DNA of 64,000 nucleotides from Aureliella sp. (GCA_963691875.1 OY829846.1:3488001-3552000), one strand, 5' to 3'; counted from the stretch's first letter, positions 30,751-40,747 are shown. Numbers and translations are program-made. Notes: generated by a model from the letters alone, not told the origin.

Positions 30751-32046
30751 CTAGACTTTGACGGCCTTTGCTTTACTAGAACATGTGGCGCGAGCAGACT
30801 TTTTGGTGGGTGATTTCCGCCGCTTTGGGCGGCTCGCCGAAGTACTCGACCTAACCTTTTGCCCCTCCTTTGCCGCTCGCGCAATGCGTGCAGGCGTAGG
30901 ACGAAACGTATTTCTCAACTCCTTGCCATTTTTCTTAAACCAGCTCGTCACTAAAGCCAAGGTCCCAGGTCGAGCAACAAAACCTGAACCAATTTGATTT
31001 TCAGCCTTCAACCACTTCTGCAATAGGCGCGTTGTCGCCTCAAGCTCCGAATCAGTCCGAGGGCTTGCCATCGCACCTTCGATCATCCCGTTACGAATCA
31101 GGTACCAGACGGTCTGATTACGTCCAGTTTCAGGATAAGAACAAACTGGATACACGAAGTTGTAATTCTCGCGTGCCCGGGCAATATCTTGAGTTCGATG
31201 ATAGAGCCAACGAACGCACTTCAAGTCTTCGCGAATCACGGCAGCTTGCTCAAAGTGGAGTTCGCGCGATGCAGAATCCATTTGCGACTCTAACTCTTGC
31301 ACGGGCCAATCGTTTTGGCCAGAAAGAAACTCACGAGCAAGAGCCACTTGTTGATCATAGTCGCGACGCGAACATGCCGAAATGCACGGTCCAAGACAAG
31401 AGTCGATCTCCAAGCGAATACAGCCAGGCCGCAGTTCTATATCAAACAGTTGCATTTGATCGGTAAAACTGCAAGGCTGGCTGCTATTGCAATCGCGCAA
31501 TCGATACAAACGATTCAAAACCTCGACAGCACGATTCGCGCGACCAGCGCCTTGTAGCGGCCCCAAGACAAAGTCGGCTTTCGGATCTCGTTTCTTAGCC
31601 GTATAGAACTGCTCAGCCGGTTGATGACCGAGGCAAACATGAATTGACTGTTGGCGACGCGGAATTCCTTGCACATTGAAGCGAGGTTGGAAGTGGCGAA
31701 TCAAAAACTGCTCGCGCACCAAGGCCGCAAAGTCACTCGGCTGCGGCTCCCACACGATCGTCTGGGTGGATTGAACAATGCGCCCCGACTTGTCTTCTTC
31801 GTTGTTCGGCAGGAAGTAACTCAGCAAGCGATTCCGTAAGCACTTTGACTTGCCGACATAAACTAGGCGACCATACGGGTTGAGCATACCGTAGACACCT
31901 GGCTCCTTCGGCGCGTACTTGCGTACCTGAACGCGAAGTTCGCTTGTCTCCTCCGCTTCAATGGATCGCAATCCGGCTGGCCTGAATGGCAGCAGCAAAT
32001 CTTCGCCGAAATCGTCGAAGCTCTTCTCTTCTAGAAACGCATCCAT
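30751..32046 (-). CDS. Short UvrC homologue (GIY-YIG, Cys cluster, UVR domain; Cho-like)
   Basis: 'PGVYGM..LVYVGKSKCLRNRLLSYF', 'PRFN', 'LRDC..C..CLGPC', 'ASRELHFEQAAVIRE'. No RNase H-like or HhH C-terminal part recognised. Confidence 0.88.
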   Translation of the reverse strand: MDAFLEEKSFDDFGEDLLLPFRPAGLRSIEAEETSELRVQVRKYAPKEPGVYGMLNPYGRLVYVGKSKCLRNRLLSYFLPNNEEDKSGRIVQSTQTIVWEPQPSDFAALVREQFLIRHFQPRFNVQGIPRRQQSIHVCLGHQPAEQFYTAKKRDPKADFVLGPLQGAGRANRAVEVLNRLYRLRDCNSSQPCSFTDQMQLFDIELRPGCIRLEIDSCLGPCISACSRRDYDQQVALAREFLSGQNDWPVQELESQMDSASRELHFEQAAVIREDLKCVRWLYHRTQDIARARENYNFVYPVCSYPETGRNQTVWYLIRNGMIEGAMASPRTDSELEATTRLLQKWLKAENQIGSGFVARPGTLALVTSWFKKNGKELRNTFRPTPARIARAAKEGQKVRSSTSASRPKRRKSPTKKSARATCSSKAKAVKV

Positions 32047-32379
32047 GCCATCTGCTCTCTGGTCCGAGATCCAAATTCAAGTCCGATTGAATTGGTTCAG
32101 GTGAGTAGCCAACTTTGCCCTAAGGCAGACGGCGAGTCAGAATATGCCAGTCCCATTTCGTTCTCAAGCATTATTCGGTTGCGCGAATACACTTTCCATT
32201 CGTGAAACTCTTCTGCCGGCCGCATAGGTCCATTATGGCCGCAGATGCGCACCAGACACAAGACGCTTGCCAGCCACCACAAACCCGACGATTCCAAAAA
32301 CGCTGCGATCGGCGAGTCTCCCCAATCGCTTCCGACTCCTACTCGTGCTCGTCAACTGCTAACTGCCAATAGCCAAAAG

Positions 32380-33573
32380 CTACCCACTCCCCTTCTTCTT
32401 TTTGCCAACAACACTAGCTCGCTGCAGAGCCAATTTTCCAAACTTCTCACGAACCGAATCCGCGGCTGCATCCAAACGCGATTGAGCCGCAGCCTGCCGC
32501 TGTTGCTCGACAGAGTCATCGAACAAACCAAGTTGAACGGGTCGATTGGTTTGCAGATTGGAAACCCCCATCCCAATCAGACGCAAATTCAACTTTCGAG
32601 TCTCGGGTAAACTACTCTCAAACAACTCACGCGCGACTTTCCAGAGCGAATTGGTTGCATTGCTAGCGACAGCTAAACTCTTTGCTCGAGTAACGGTATG
32701 AAAATCGCTGTAACGGACTTTCAAATTCACTGTCTTACCAAGACGATCTGCTCGTCGAAGTCGGTAGCCAACCTGTTCTGTTAGCTCAAGTAAGCGGGCA
32801 AGCAGTACTTCCGAGTCCTCAACATCGGCCGCGAATGTCGTCTCATGTGAGATCGACTTGGCTCGGCGCGCAGAGACCACCCGCCGCGAGTCCAGCCCTT
32901 GTGAGAGTCGCCAGAAATGCTCACCCACGGGCCCGAACAAGTATTGTGCCTTCTTGTTGCCGAGCATGCGAAGCTGTCCGAAGGTTGTGATGCCGCGTGC
33001 TTCGAACTTGCGCTGCGTCACACGGCCAACGCCCCAGATTCGCGATATCTCAAGTGGGTCCAAAATCTCTTGTATCCGTTCTGGAGCAATGATCGTGAAA
33101 CCATCAGGCTTCTCCAGATCACTCGCCAACTTTGCCAGGAACTTGTTTGGAGCCACCCCGACCGAAGCAACCAACTGCAGTTCAGACAGAATCGCCGCTT
33201 TGATTCGTCGTCCTATCTCGACGGCGTCACCAAAGAGTTGTTGGGTGCCGTGAACGTCTAGAAAAGCCTCATCCAGTGAAAGTGGTTCGATCTCTGGCGT
33301 GTAGCGAGCAAAGATCGCGCGGATCTCGTGACTGATTTCAGCATAAAGCTGCATCCGTGGTCGGACGATCGTTGCTTGCGGACAGAGACGCGCTGCCTTA
33401 GAAGTCGGCATGGCGCTATGGACCCCGAACTTTCGCGCCGCATAGTTGGCAGCCGAAACCACTCCGCGACCACGTGGCGAGCCACCCACAATCAAGGGCT
33501 TACCACGCAGTACCGGATTCTCTCTTTCCTCCACCGAGGCGTAGAAGGCGTCCATGTCGACATGCAGAATCAT
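32380..33573 (-). CDS. dinB: DNA polymerase IV
   Basis: 'ILHVDMDAFYASVE', 'SAANYAARKFGVHSAMP', 'EPLSLDEAFLD', 'NKFLAKLASDLEKPDG', 'KSISHETTF'. Confidence 0.97.
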   Translation of the reverse strand: MILHVDMDAFYASVEERENPVLRGKPLIVGGSPRGRGVVSAANYAARKFGVHSAMPTSKAARLCPQATIVRPRMQLYAEISHEIRAIFARYTPEIEPLSLDEAFLDVHGTQQLFGDAVEIGRRIKAAILSELQLVASVGVAPNKFLAKLASDLEKPDGFTIIAPERIQEILDPLEISRIWGVGRVTQRKFEARGITTFGQLRMLGNKKAQYLFGPVGEHFWRLSQGLDSRRVVSARRAKSISHETTFAADVEDSEVLLARLLELTEQVGYRLRRADRLGKTVNLKVRYSDFHTVTRAKSLAVASNATNSLWKVARELFESSLPETRKLNLRLIGMGVSNLQTNRPVQLGLFDDSVEQQRQAAAQSRLDAAADSVREKFGKLALQRASVVGKKKKGSG

Positions 33574-33736
33574 GCCATCACTCTAACCATTCATCCGTCA
33601 TGGTCCAAATGCAATTCTAAGGAGAGAGGTATCAAGGTGTTAGCGGTAGGTTGCAGTGAGCGACTTTAACGCTAGCCGCCAGTTCTTCCGTGCGTACAAA
33701 CGCACCCATTTGGAATGGTAGCGGTGTACACTCTGT

Positions 33737-34426
33737 TTACTCGCGAAACTCCGGCGCATCGCGACGATCCTGCTGACTGCCCCCAGCTAACAGCTCGACA
33801 CATCGCGACCAGTTTTCCTGTGTCGTTCGTTTGGGACGAAGCTTACTTTCTGCGACTTGCGCGTCGCCCGTTTCCTGCGGGAACAAAAAGATGGCTCCGA
33901 GCAAGATTTCGGATTGAGGAATCCCGAGTTTTTCGAAAGTTGTGGCCTCGCGCAGGATGCCGCCGCTGGACCAGTAGTTCCGGATGCCGCGGATGGTGGC
34001 TGCGACAAGCAGATTCTGGATTGCGGAAGAAGCCGCCGCGATGTGCTCCATATTCCCTAAACTCGCGTCAAAGAGCTGACCAGCTGGCAGGGTTTCGCTC
34101 GAAGGATTTGGCAGCCATGTTGCAACCAGCAAACAATCCGCCGCCGCTAGCATCTTCGGGATCTTCCCCGCCTTCTCCGGATCCAGGGTCGGCCCCAGTT
34201 TCCGGCAAGTCTGCGGGCTCAGAATGTGAAATCGCCAAGGTTCAATGCCGGACAACACCCCTGATTCACGATGGTTTGGGTCGCAGGCGCGGTGAAAAGG
34301 TGCCATTCCGGCGACGGCCAGCAGTTCCTGCACAGTTTCACGCCACTTTTCAGGGCAATCCAGCTCTTTCTCCGCGAGGATTTTGACTGTTTTGCGTTCG
34401 CTTATTGCTTTGTCTACAGGGTTCAT
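33737..34426 (-). CDS. Nitroreductase family protein (YdjA-like)
   Basis: 'AISERKTVK', 'AGMAPFH', 'EPWRF', 'AIQNLLVAAT..GI.NYWSSG'. The ATG at 34426 is preferred over the TTG at 34453. Confidence 0.88.
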   Translation of the reverse strand: MNPVDKAISERKTVKILAEKELDCPEKWRETVQELLAVAGMAPFHRACDPNHRESGVLSGIEPWRFHILSPQTCRKLGPTLDPEKAGKIPKMLAAADCLLVATWLPNPSSETLPAGQLFDASLGNMEHIAAASSAIQNLLVAATIRGIRNYWSSGGILREATTFEKLGIPQSEILLGAIFLFPQETGDAQVAESKLRPKRTTQENWSRCVELLAGGSQQDRRDAPEFRE

Positions 34427-34434
34427 TGCATTTC

Positions 34435-34455
34435 TATTGAGATTGAGTTTCAATA
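34435..34455. promoter_or_regulatory. Fur-box-like operator palindrome
   Basis: TATTGAGATTGAGTTTCAATA: 8 of 10 arm positions pair. The core TGAGATT-G-AGTTTCA resembles the 7-1-7 Fur box. It lies between divergent nitroreductase and hemP. Confidence 0.55.
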
Positions 34456-34569
34456 TGAGCTTGAAAGAGCCTTATTATTCGCAATAAAGTCTGTCAAAAA
34501 TAGCCCTCATTTCTTCGTATCCGCTTCTGGCCTTCAGGCCCCAGGGGCTATTCCAACTGTCGCCCGATT

Positions 34570-34770
34570 ATGGCTACTCCAGAACCCACTTCATCCTCCG
34601 CCACCGAGAACGCAAGAGCTGCTACGCCCACTGGCGAACCTAGCGAGTTGCCTAAGATTATCAGGTTTGAGACCTTGGCTCGCTGCGGCGAAGAGATCTG
34701 GATCGAGAATGGCGGCCAAATCTATCGATTGCGGCGCACCAAGCAAGGCAAGTTGATTCTTACGAAGTAA
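34570..34770 (+). CDS. hemP: Hemin uptake protein HemP family
   Basis: C-terminal signature 'EIWIENGGQIYRLRRTKQGKLILTK'. Confidence 0.9.
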   Translation: MATPEPTSSSATENARAATPTGEPSELPKIIRFETLARCGEEIWIENGGQIYRLRRTKQGKLILTK

Positions 34771-34797
34771 GCCGACCCACTCCACGAGGAGTTTCCC

Positions 34798-35904
34798 ATG
34801 CGGCCTGTCTACCTGAATCAAGCTGGAACAAGCTGGCCGAAACCTGCCTGCGTTCAAGATGCCTGCCAACATGCGATGCATACTGATGTATCCGAATGGG
34901 CAGGTCAATTCGCGGCTCAGCATCAAAAGATTGCGAGCTATTTTGGCATCCATGATCCTCAATCCTTGCTGCTCACACCGGGATGCACCTCTGCACTCAA
35001 TGTTGCCGTAGAAGATCACGATTGGCAAACAGGAGATGCTGTTTGCTTCAGTTCGTATGAGCACCATGCCCTTCACCGACCGCTTTTGAAGCTGGCGCAA
35101 CGCGATGTCGACTTGCATGTCATCCCACCGTCAGAAGATTCTGCCTTCTCTCTCCACAGGTTGGAGGAGATCTTGTGCTCGAGGGAAGTCAAGCTTGTTG
35201 CAGTCACGGCAGCTAGCAATGTGACGGGAGAGCTACTGCCCATTCAAGAGATCACTACCCTGGCTCATCGTCATGGAGCAAACATCTTGATCGATGGTGC
35301 TCAACTAGTCGGCTGGTTCGACCTCAACTTGCCCGACTCGGCATTCGATTTATTTGCCTTCGGTGGACATAAAGGATTACTGGCACCTTGGGGCATTGGC
35401 GGCCTCTACATGCGTCCTGGGCTTGAGATGAGCGCAGCCCAAGCGACTTGCAGCATGGACTCCGAAACAAAAGAATGCTCTGGACAGCCAAGCTATTGCG
35501 ATGTTGGTAGCGTTGACCGAATCGCCCTAGCGGGACTTGCAAGTTCAAGCAATTGGATTCGTCAACAGGACGAGTCCAGCATACTCGCACGCTGTCGTGA
35601 CTTCATTGCCGAGATGCAATCGGTGCTAAGAGCAAACCCTAAGGTATCGGTCCTTGGCAATCTCGACGTCGAGCAAAGATTGCCGACGATTGCCTTTCAG
35701 CATCGTGGGCTATCAAACGAACGGATCGCAGAACGCCTATTTGCAAACGGAATCACAACTACGACCGGATTACAGTGTGCTCCGATGGCGCATGAAATGC
35801 TCGGTACCGCACCTGAAGGTGTTACCCGATTGAGCGTCGGTGCCATGAACACACAGGATGAAATCGACCTAGCCTGTGAAGCCTTGCGAAAAATCGAACG
35901 CTAG
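34798..35904 (+). CDS. Class V PLP aminotransferase / cysteine desulfurase family
   Basis: 'YLNQAGTSWPKP', 'EHHA', 'ASNVTG', 'IDGAQ', 'GHKGL' (PLP Lys), 'GLQCAP' (catalytic Cys position); GAGGAG RBS. Confidence 0.88.
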   Translation: MRPVYLNQAGTSWPKPACVQDACQHAMHTDVSEWAGQFAAQHQKIASYFGIHDPQSLLLTPGCTSALNVAVEDHDWQTGDAVCFSSYEHHALHRPLLKLAQRDVDLHVIPPSEDSAFSLHRLEEILCSREVKLVAVTAASNVTGELLPIQEITTLAHRHGANILIDGAQLVGWFDLNLPDSAFDLFAFGGHKGLLAPWGIGGLYMRPGLEMSAAQATCSMDSETKECSGQPSYCDVGSVDRIALAGLASSSNWIRQQDESSILARCRDFIAEMQSVLRANPKVSVLGNLDVEQRLPTIAFQHRGLSNERIAERLFANGITTTTGLQCAPMAHEMLGTAPEGVTRLSVGAMNTQDEIDLACEALRKIER

Positions 35905-35993
35905 GGCTTTGGGTCGGAAGTTCCTCTTTCCTGGCTTATGCTTCGGGTTGTGATTGGCCACGAACTTACTGACTTAGGACATGAGGTGCCAGC

Positions 35994-37586
35994 CTAGAAA
36001 CGTCGGCGAAGGACGACGAGGCTTCGGTCCGAGTCGAGAGGCTGTTTGTCGACTCCGCTCATCGGCAGCAATCGAGCAATATGATCAGCGATCTCTTCGA
36101 CAGACTCTTCTTGCATCTCAGTGACAACTTCCAACAAGCCATCTTGAGAGAATCCGCCTCGCTCAAGCCCGCCGAGCACATCCGCAGAAGCGAGAATCAG
36201 CAATTCCCCGCCCTCCAGATTCACATGTTCATTATAGAAACGTGTATCGGGTTGTTCGGCAATCGGAGTTGGCGTCCCATTGAGCCTTCGCACGCCATGT
36301 GCGGTCAGAATGAATGCTTGGGTATCGCCAGTCAAGGCAATTTCTGCGGCGCCAGATTCAGGATGGATCTGAACGTAGCAAAGAGAACTGCGCCAATCGC
36401 CATCTTCAACATCCCACAAAATGTCGTTTGCCTTGCGGAGAACCTGAGAAGGTTTATGCCGGGCGTTCCAGCAGGTTTCAACAACGGTTTGAACGCTAGT
36501 CGCAATCAACGATCCACTTGGACCATGCGATACGGCTGCTCCCAAAGCGACGCAGATTTCTTGATTCTTGTTGACAGTCCATGTGTGGAAATTTCCGCCA
36601 AGTGCTTGACCTTGGAAGGTCCAGCCGCTGATTTCGTAGTCATGGTGCAGTGGCTGACGACTTGGCAGACGCGAGGACTGTACCATGCTCGCTTCTTCAA
36701 TCTGGCGGCGGGTAGCACGCGTTCGCAAGACTTCATCCGCCAAAACACTGCGTTCAATATCGACCAGGATCTTGTCCGAAGCAGCGCGAGCGACTTCGAT
36801 ATCGCTGGAGGTAAAGTCGCGGATATGATCGCTCCACAACCAAATTGTCCCTTGCGGCATCGTTGGTGAGCCAATGGGCAGGCAGAGAGCAGCAGCGAAA
36901 TCCTGAGGGCAATTCCACTCAGGAGCAAGCTTGGTATTTTCGACCAAGACGGCGTTACCCATCAAGGCTTCGAGGTCCGCTAAGGCGCCACGCAGCTGAC
37001 GAGGCGGTTGCGTCAAAGCGTCACTGGAAAGACCGATGGCGGCTCGCATCTTCAATTCGCTGGTCGTGTCGTCGAGTAAGTAAATCGCAGCCGCATCGCT
37101 GACCGTTTGCTCACAGGCTCGCTGAAGCGACTCTTTCAGCCGCTCTGCCAAGAGCTCCGCTTCCTCCGGGCGGATACTCACGCCCAGCGAGGTGGCAAGT
37201 TGCGCCTCCTGCAGCTCAATGGTTGTCTCTGCTTCCTTGAGCTTCTGAATCAGTGCATCGACCTGCTCCAGCAGAGCCCAAGCCTCTGTTTCGCTTGTGA
37301 TGTGCCCAGTTTTTCCGGCTCCGATACCTGCATCGAGCAGCCCATCAATCGGATCGCTGCAGACTAGCTCGACCCGAGTTCGCAGTGGAAGCACGACCCC
37401 CTCCGCAGCAAGCTCGCGCTGATGTGGTGTGCCTTGAATTGGGCGTGGAACCCAACCGGTTGCATCTGCAAATACAGACACCAAGTCTTGAATATCTAGC
37501 TTCCCCATGGAGGCTAGCTCTTCAGCAAGGCGTGCGGTGGAATCTTCGGTATGCAACTTGAGATGAGAGGAGCTCTTCCTAGGCAC
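35994..37586 (-). CDS. GAF + SpoIIE/PP2C-like domain protein (catalytic motifs degenerate)
   Basis: GAF 'AAAIYLLDDTTSELKMRAAIGL..ALCLPI..GTIWL'; linker 'RQIEEASMVQSSRLP'; PP2C-like C-terminus ending 'DRSLVVLRR'. Confidence 0.85.
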   Translation of the reverse strand: MPRKSSSHLKLHTEDSTARLAEELASMGKLDIQDLVSVFADATGWVPRPIQGTPHQRELAAEGVVLPLRTRVELVCSDPIDGLLDAGIGAGKTGHITSETEAWALLEQVDALIQKLKEAETTIELQEAQLATSLGVSIRPEEAELLAERLKESLQRACEQTVSDAAAIYLLDDTTSELKMRAAIGLSSDALTQPPRQLRGALADLEALMGNAVLVENTKLAPEWNCPQDFAAALCLPIGSPTMPQGTIWLWSDHIRDFTSSDIEVARAASDKILVDIERSVLADEVLRTRATRRQIEEASMVQSSRLPSRQPLHHDYEISGWTFQGQALGGNFHTWTVNKNQEICVALGAAVSHGPSGSLIATSVQTVVETCWNARHKPSQVLRKANDILWDVEDGDWRSSLCYVQIHPESGAAEIALTGDTQAFILTAHGVRRLNGTPTPIAEQPDTRFYNEHVNLEGGELLILASADVLGGLERGGFSQDGLLEVVTEMQEESVEEIADHIARLLPMSGVDKQPLDSDRSLVVLRRRF

Positions 37587-38127
37587 GGTGTTTCCTTCAG
37601 CGGAGTGGATTGGGTTTCTGATCCTTCGGCCGTCGAGGATTCGACGCGCCAGTGAACCAAATCAACCTATGCCAACATCCATGCCGAGCACTGGTTCTAA
37701 TTGCAACACTGCTAGAACCCGACTAATCGGTAACAAAGTCGACCCGGTGGCAAGTCCTCAGCTACCAGTGCCCGAGAAGATGCGGGGCTTTCAACCTAGC
37801 AAGTGCTACAAGAGGAGTTCATCGAACCTAGGCGCCACGAGAGAAGAGGAAACAGTTACCGGCGATACGAGTTTCTTCACGCAGGCTCCACCCAATCCGA
37901 CTTATCGTTACGAACCGCAGCAACGCGAGGGGAGCAACGCTTTGAAAGCAAGCCCTGAATGGAGTCGCGGCTCGCAGCCTTATAAAAATTCAGGCGAGAA
38001 TTGTCGCCACAGAGCGAAAAGTCTTTTGTTTCTTCTGGGCCCTGGCTCGCTGGTAGGAATTCCCGAAAATAGGTGCGATTGCCCCCCTAAACATCGCCTC
38101 CGCTGCTGCCTGCTAGTAGTGGCTTGT

Positions 38128-39285
38128 CTAGAGTCGTTGCACGAGCTGGCCGCTCACACGGCGAACCAACCGTCGCATCTCTAGAACGCTGATGGTGCTG
38201 AGCACGCGTGCCACTGGTAACTGGCTAGTGATGACCACATTGTTCAAATCCGTCGGTTCCGTACCAATGGCTTGAAGCACTTGTGTTTCCTGTTCGTTCA
38301 ACTGCAATTCAGCCGGGTTACGAATCGTTTTCTCTTCAGAGATTTCGACACCTTCAACCAGTGGCCCTAGCGCTTCGATCACGTCATGCGGGTCTTGCAC
38401 GAGCGTGGCGCCATCTCGAATGATTTGGTGGCAACCTTGCGAATTGGGGGCAGTCACCATTCCTGGCAGCGCAAAAACATCTCGTCCTTGCTCGCCTGCA
38501 AGTCGAGCCGAAATGAGCGCGCCACTTCGCTGAGCCGCTTCGATAACAATCGTCCCGAGTGAGATCCCGGTCACGATACGATTACGTTGTGGAAACATGC
38601 CCCTCTTGGGCTTCGTGCCGGGCGGCATCTCGCTAATCAGCGCACCGGAGCTGGCAATTTGCTCTCCGAGTTCGGCGTTTTGCGACGGATAGACTTCCTG
38701 AACACCGTTGGCTAAAACAGCGATGGTCCGCCCGCCCGCCTCAAGTGCTCCTCGGTGCGCAGACGTGTCAATTCCTCGCGCGAGCCCACTCACCACTGTC
38801 AGTCCAGCTCGAGCAAGCTGCCGAGCGAATCGCTCGGCCTGACTGCGTCCGTACTGCGTTGCTCCACGAGTACCGACAATCGCCACGCTCAGATTGTCGG
38901 TCTTAAACAGCTCTCCACGAAGGAACAAGACACTTGGTGTTCCATCTATTTCGTGCAGCAGCCTTGGAAAACTGGGCTCGTCAGGAAACAAGATTCGGAC
39001 GTCCGATTCTCGGCAGCTTTCTACGATTTCCAAAGCCCGCTCTCGAAACTCGGCAGATCTCAATCGCCGCGATAGTGAAATGCCTACTCCAGGCACTTCC
39101 ATCAGATCCGTTGGACTAGCAGAAAGAACGGTCGCAGCATTTCCAAAGTGCTCAAGCAGCATGTCCAGTATCTGTGGACCAACGCCAGTGGTATGAACCA
39201 GCTGCAGATAGTCGAGCTGTTCCTGCGAGAACCGCTGGGGCTCAGGCAGCAATGCGTGTAGCTCTGGATCACTGCCGTTGGTCAC
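38128..39285 (-). CDS. dprA: DNA-processing protein DprA
   Basis: 'VAIVGTR', 'VVSGLARGID', 'FPQRNRI', 'EAAQRSGALISA', C-terminal winged helix. Confidence 0.96.
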   Translation of the reverse strand: MTNGSDPELHALLPEPQRFSQEQLDYLQLVHTTGVGPQILDMLLEHFGNAATVLSASPTDLMEVPGVGISLSRRLRSAEFRERALEIVESCRESDVRILFPDEPSFPRLLHEIDGTPSVLFLRGELFKTDNLSVAIVGTRGATQYGRSQAERFARQLARAGLTVVSGLARGIDTSAHRGALEAGGRTIAVLANGVQEVYPSQNAELGEQIASSGALISEMPPGTKPKRGMFPQRNRIVTGISLGTIVIEAAQRSGALISARLAGEQGRDVFALPGMVTAPNSQGCHQIIRDGATLVQDPHDVIEALGPLVEGVEISEEKTIRNPAELQLNEQETQVLQAIGTEPTDLNNVVITSQLPVARVLSTISVLEMRRLVRRVSGQLVQRL

Positions 39286-39303
39286 TTCTACCCCCTACGG
39301 TTT

Positions 39304-40611
39304 CTAAGTTGAAGTGCCTCCAATGCACACTAGGTATTCCTGCCGGCTTCCACCTTTCCCCTCCGCGACTCGCAACAATAGCTTGTCACCGGAAACAGCT
39401 GGGCTTGCAAACGCCTCAGAGCCCAAACGATTCCGAGATTCCAAGTTGAATCGATCGGGGCTTGGCTTGAACACATACATCGTACCTGATTCGTTCGCCC
39501 AGTAGACATACCCACCGGCGTAAATCGGAGAAGCACTAACGCGACCGCCAAGACGCTCACGCCACATTTCCTGTCCGTCGTTACATCTCCAACAGTAAAG
39601 CACTCCTTGGTCTGTGAAGCCGTACAGATAGCCATCGACAACGATCATGGATTGCTCGTAGCACTTTTGCTTGTTCTTCCAGGCTATCTTTCCACTGCCG
39701 TCTGCAACAACTGCAATCGTCTCACGATCGGGATAGCCACCGCTGGCAAATACTAAATCGCCATCCCAGACTGCCGTACCGCATGTTGCAGCGGTGGTTC
39801 CGGCAACCGCCCAAAGTTGTCGACCGCTAGCTGGGTCGTAAGCAACAACTTGGCCCGAGCCGGACAGAAAGAGCTGATCGCGACCAGCGACTTTTCCAAC
39901 AACCGGTGAAGAGAAAGTGATGTTTTCCTTGCGGTCAGCACGCCAAACTTCAACACCTGTTTTCCGATCAAAGGCCGCTATGGAACTGTCCTCTCCGTCG
40001 TACTCAGCGGAGACGATCACCAGGTTCCTGTAAATGAGCGGCGAGGGAGCGTAACCGTAGCGGTAGCGACGTGGATTAAACTTACTCGCCCGCTTCTGCC
40101 ACAACAACTGCCCATCAAGCTTCAAAGCGGAGAGCTCGATGATGCCATGATGAAAAAGCGTAGTGAACAGCCGCTTGCCATCAGATGCAATGGTTGCGCT
40201 GGCTTCTGTATTGTTGCGATGATTTTGTTCGGGAAATCCGCCGCGGGCGATCTCCCGCTTCCACAACTGTTTTCCCGTTGCTAGATCATAGGCAATTGCG
40301 TATTGCACTTGCTCGCCTTCGTCTGCGCTGGTCAGGAAGATCTTTCCTCCGACGAGAACCGGACTGCTGTGCCCACGTCCGGGTACAGGAGATTTCCAAA
40401 GAACGTTTTCTGAATTGCCAAACTTGATGGGGAGCTTCTGGTCGGATGCATGACCATTGCGTTCCGGTCCACGCCACCATGGCCAATCCTGCGACGACAG
40501 CTCTACGTCTGCCGAAACGCTTGTCTCCTGAGCATGGCTGAAGAGTACTCCGCCTAGATCCAGCAGAAAAACGAGAATCAGGGAAAGAAGGAGCTGGGAG
40601 CGAAAGTACAT
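39304..40611 (-). CDS. Exported PQQ-like/BamB-like beta-propeller protein
   Basis: Signal peptide, 'DWPWWRGPERNG', 'HSSPV', repeated 'AYD..TG..LW' blades, 'FASPAV'. Confidence 0.9.
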   Translation of the reverse strand: MYFRSQLLLSLILVFLLDLGGVLFSHAQETSVSADVELSSQDWPWWRGPERNGHASDQKLPIKFGNSENVLWKSPVPGRGHSSPVLVGGKIFLTSADEGEQVQYAIAYDLATGKQLWKREIARGGFPEQNHRNNTEASATIASDGKRLFTTLFHHGIIELSALKLDGQLLWQKRASKFNPRRYRYGYAPSPLIYRNLVIVSAEYDGEDSSIAAFDRKTGVEVWRADRKENITFSSPVVGKVAGRDQLFLSGSGQVVAYDPASGRQLWAVAGTTAATCGTAVWDGDLVFASGGYPDRETIAVVADGSGKIAWKNKQKCYEQSMIVVDGYLYGFTDQGVLYCWRCNDGQEMWRERLGGRVSASPIYAGGYVYWANESGTMYVFKPSPDRFNLESRNRLGSEAFASPAVSGDKLLLRVAEGKGGSRQEYLVCIGGTST

Positions 40612-40713
40612 TTCGTTTTCCGATCAAGTAAATCCGATTGCGCCGATCCTTTAAGCAAGGCGCCGAACCATATGCTCACATGATAACAAGTAACGCGAGT
40701 TTGCTTTGACACG

Positions 40714-40747
40714 AAAAAACCCCAAGTCACTCACAGCAACTTGGGGT
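40714..40747 (-). terminator. Rho-independent terminator of the coiled-coil operon
   Basis: Stem ACCCCAAGT/ACTTGGGGT followed by a T-run on the minus strand, 50 nt after the 41-aa ORF stop. Confidence 0.7.

Noticed and set aside
33715..34386. 223-aa plus-strand ORF
   Set aside because: Antisense to the nitroreductase; no motifs.
37588..38184. 198-aa plus-strand ORF in the SpoIIE-dprA gap
   Set aside because: Starts 1 nt from the divergent gene start, overlaps dprA, and has non-protein-like composition. More likely a regulatory region, though not excluded.
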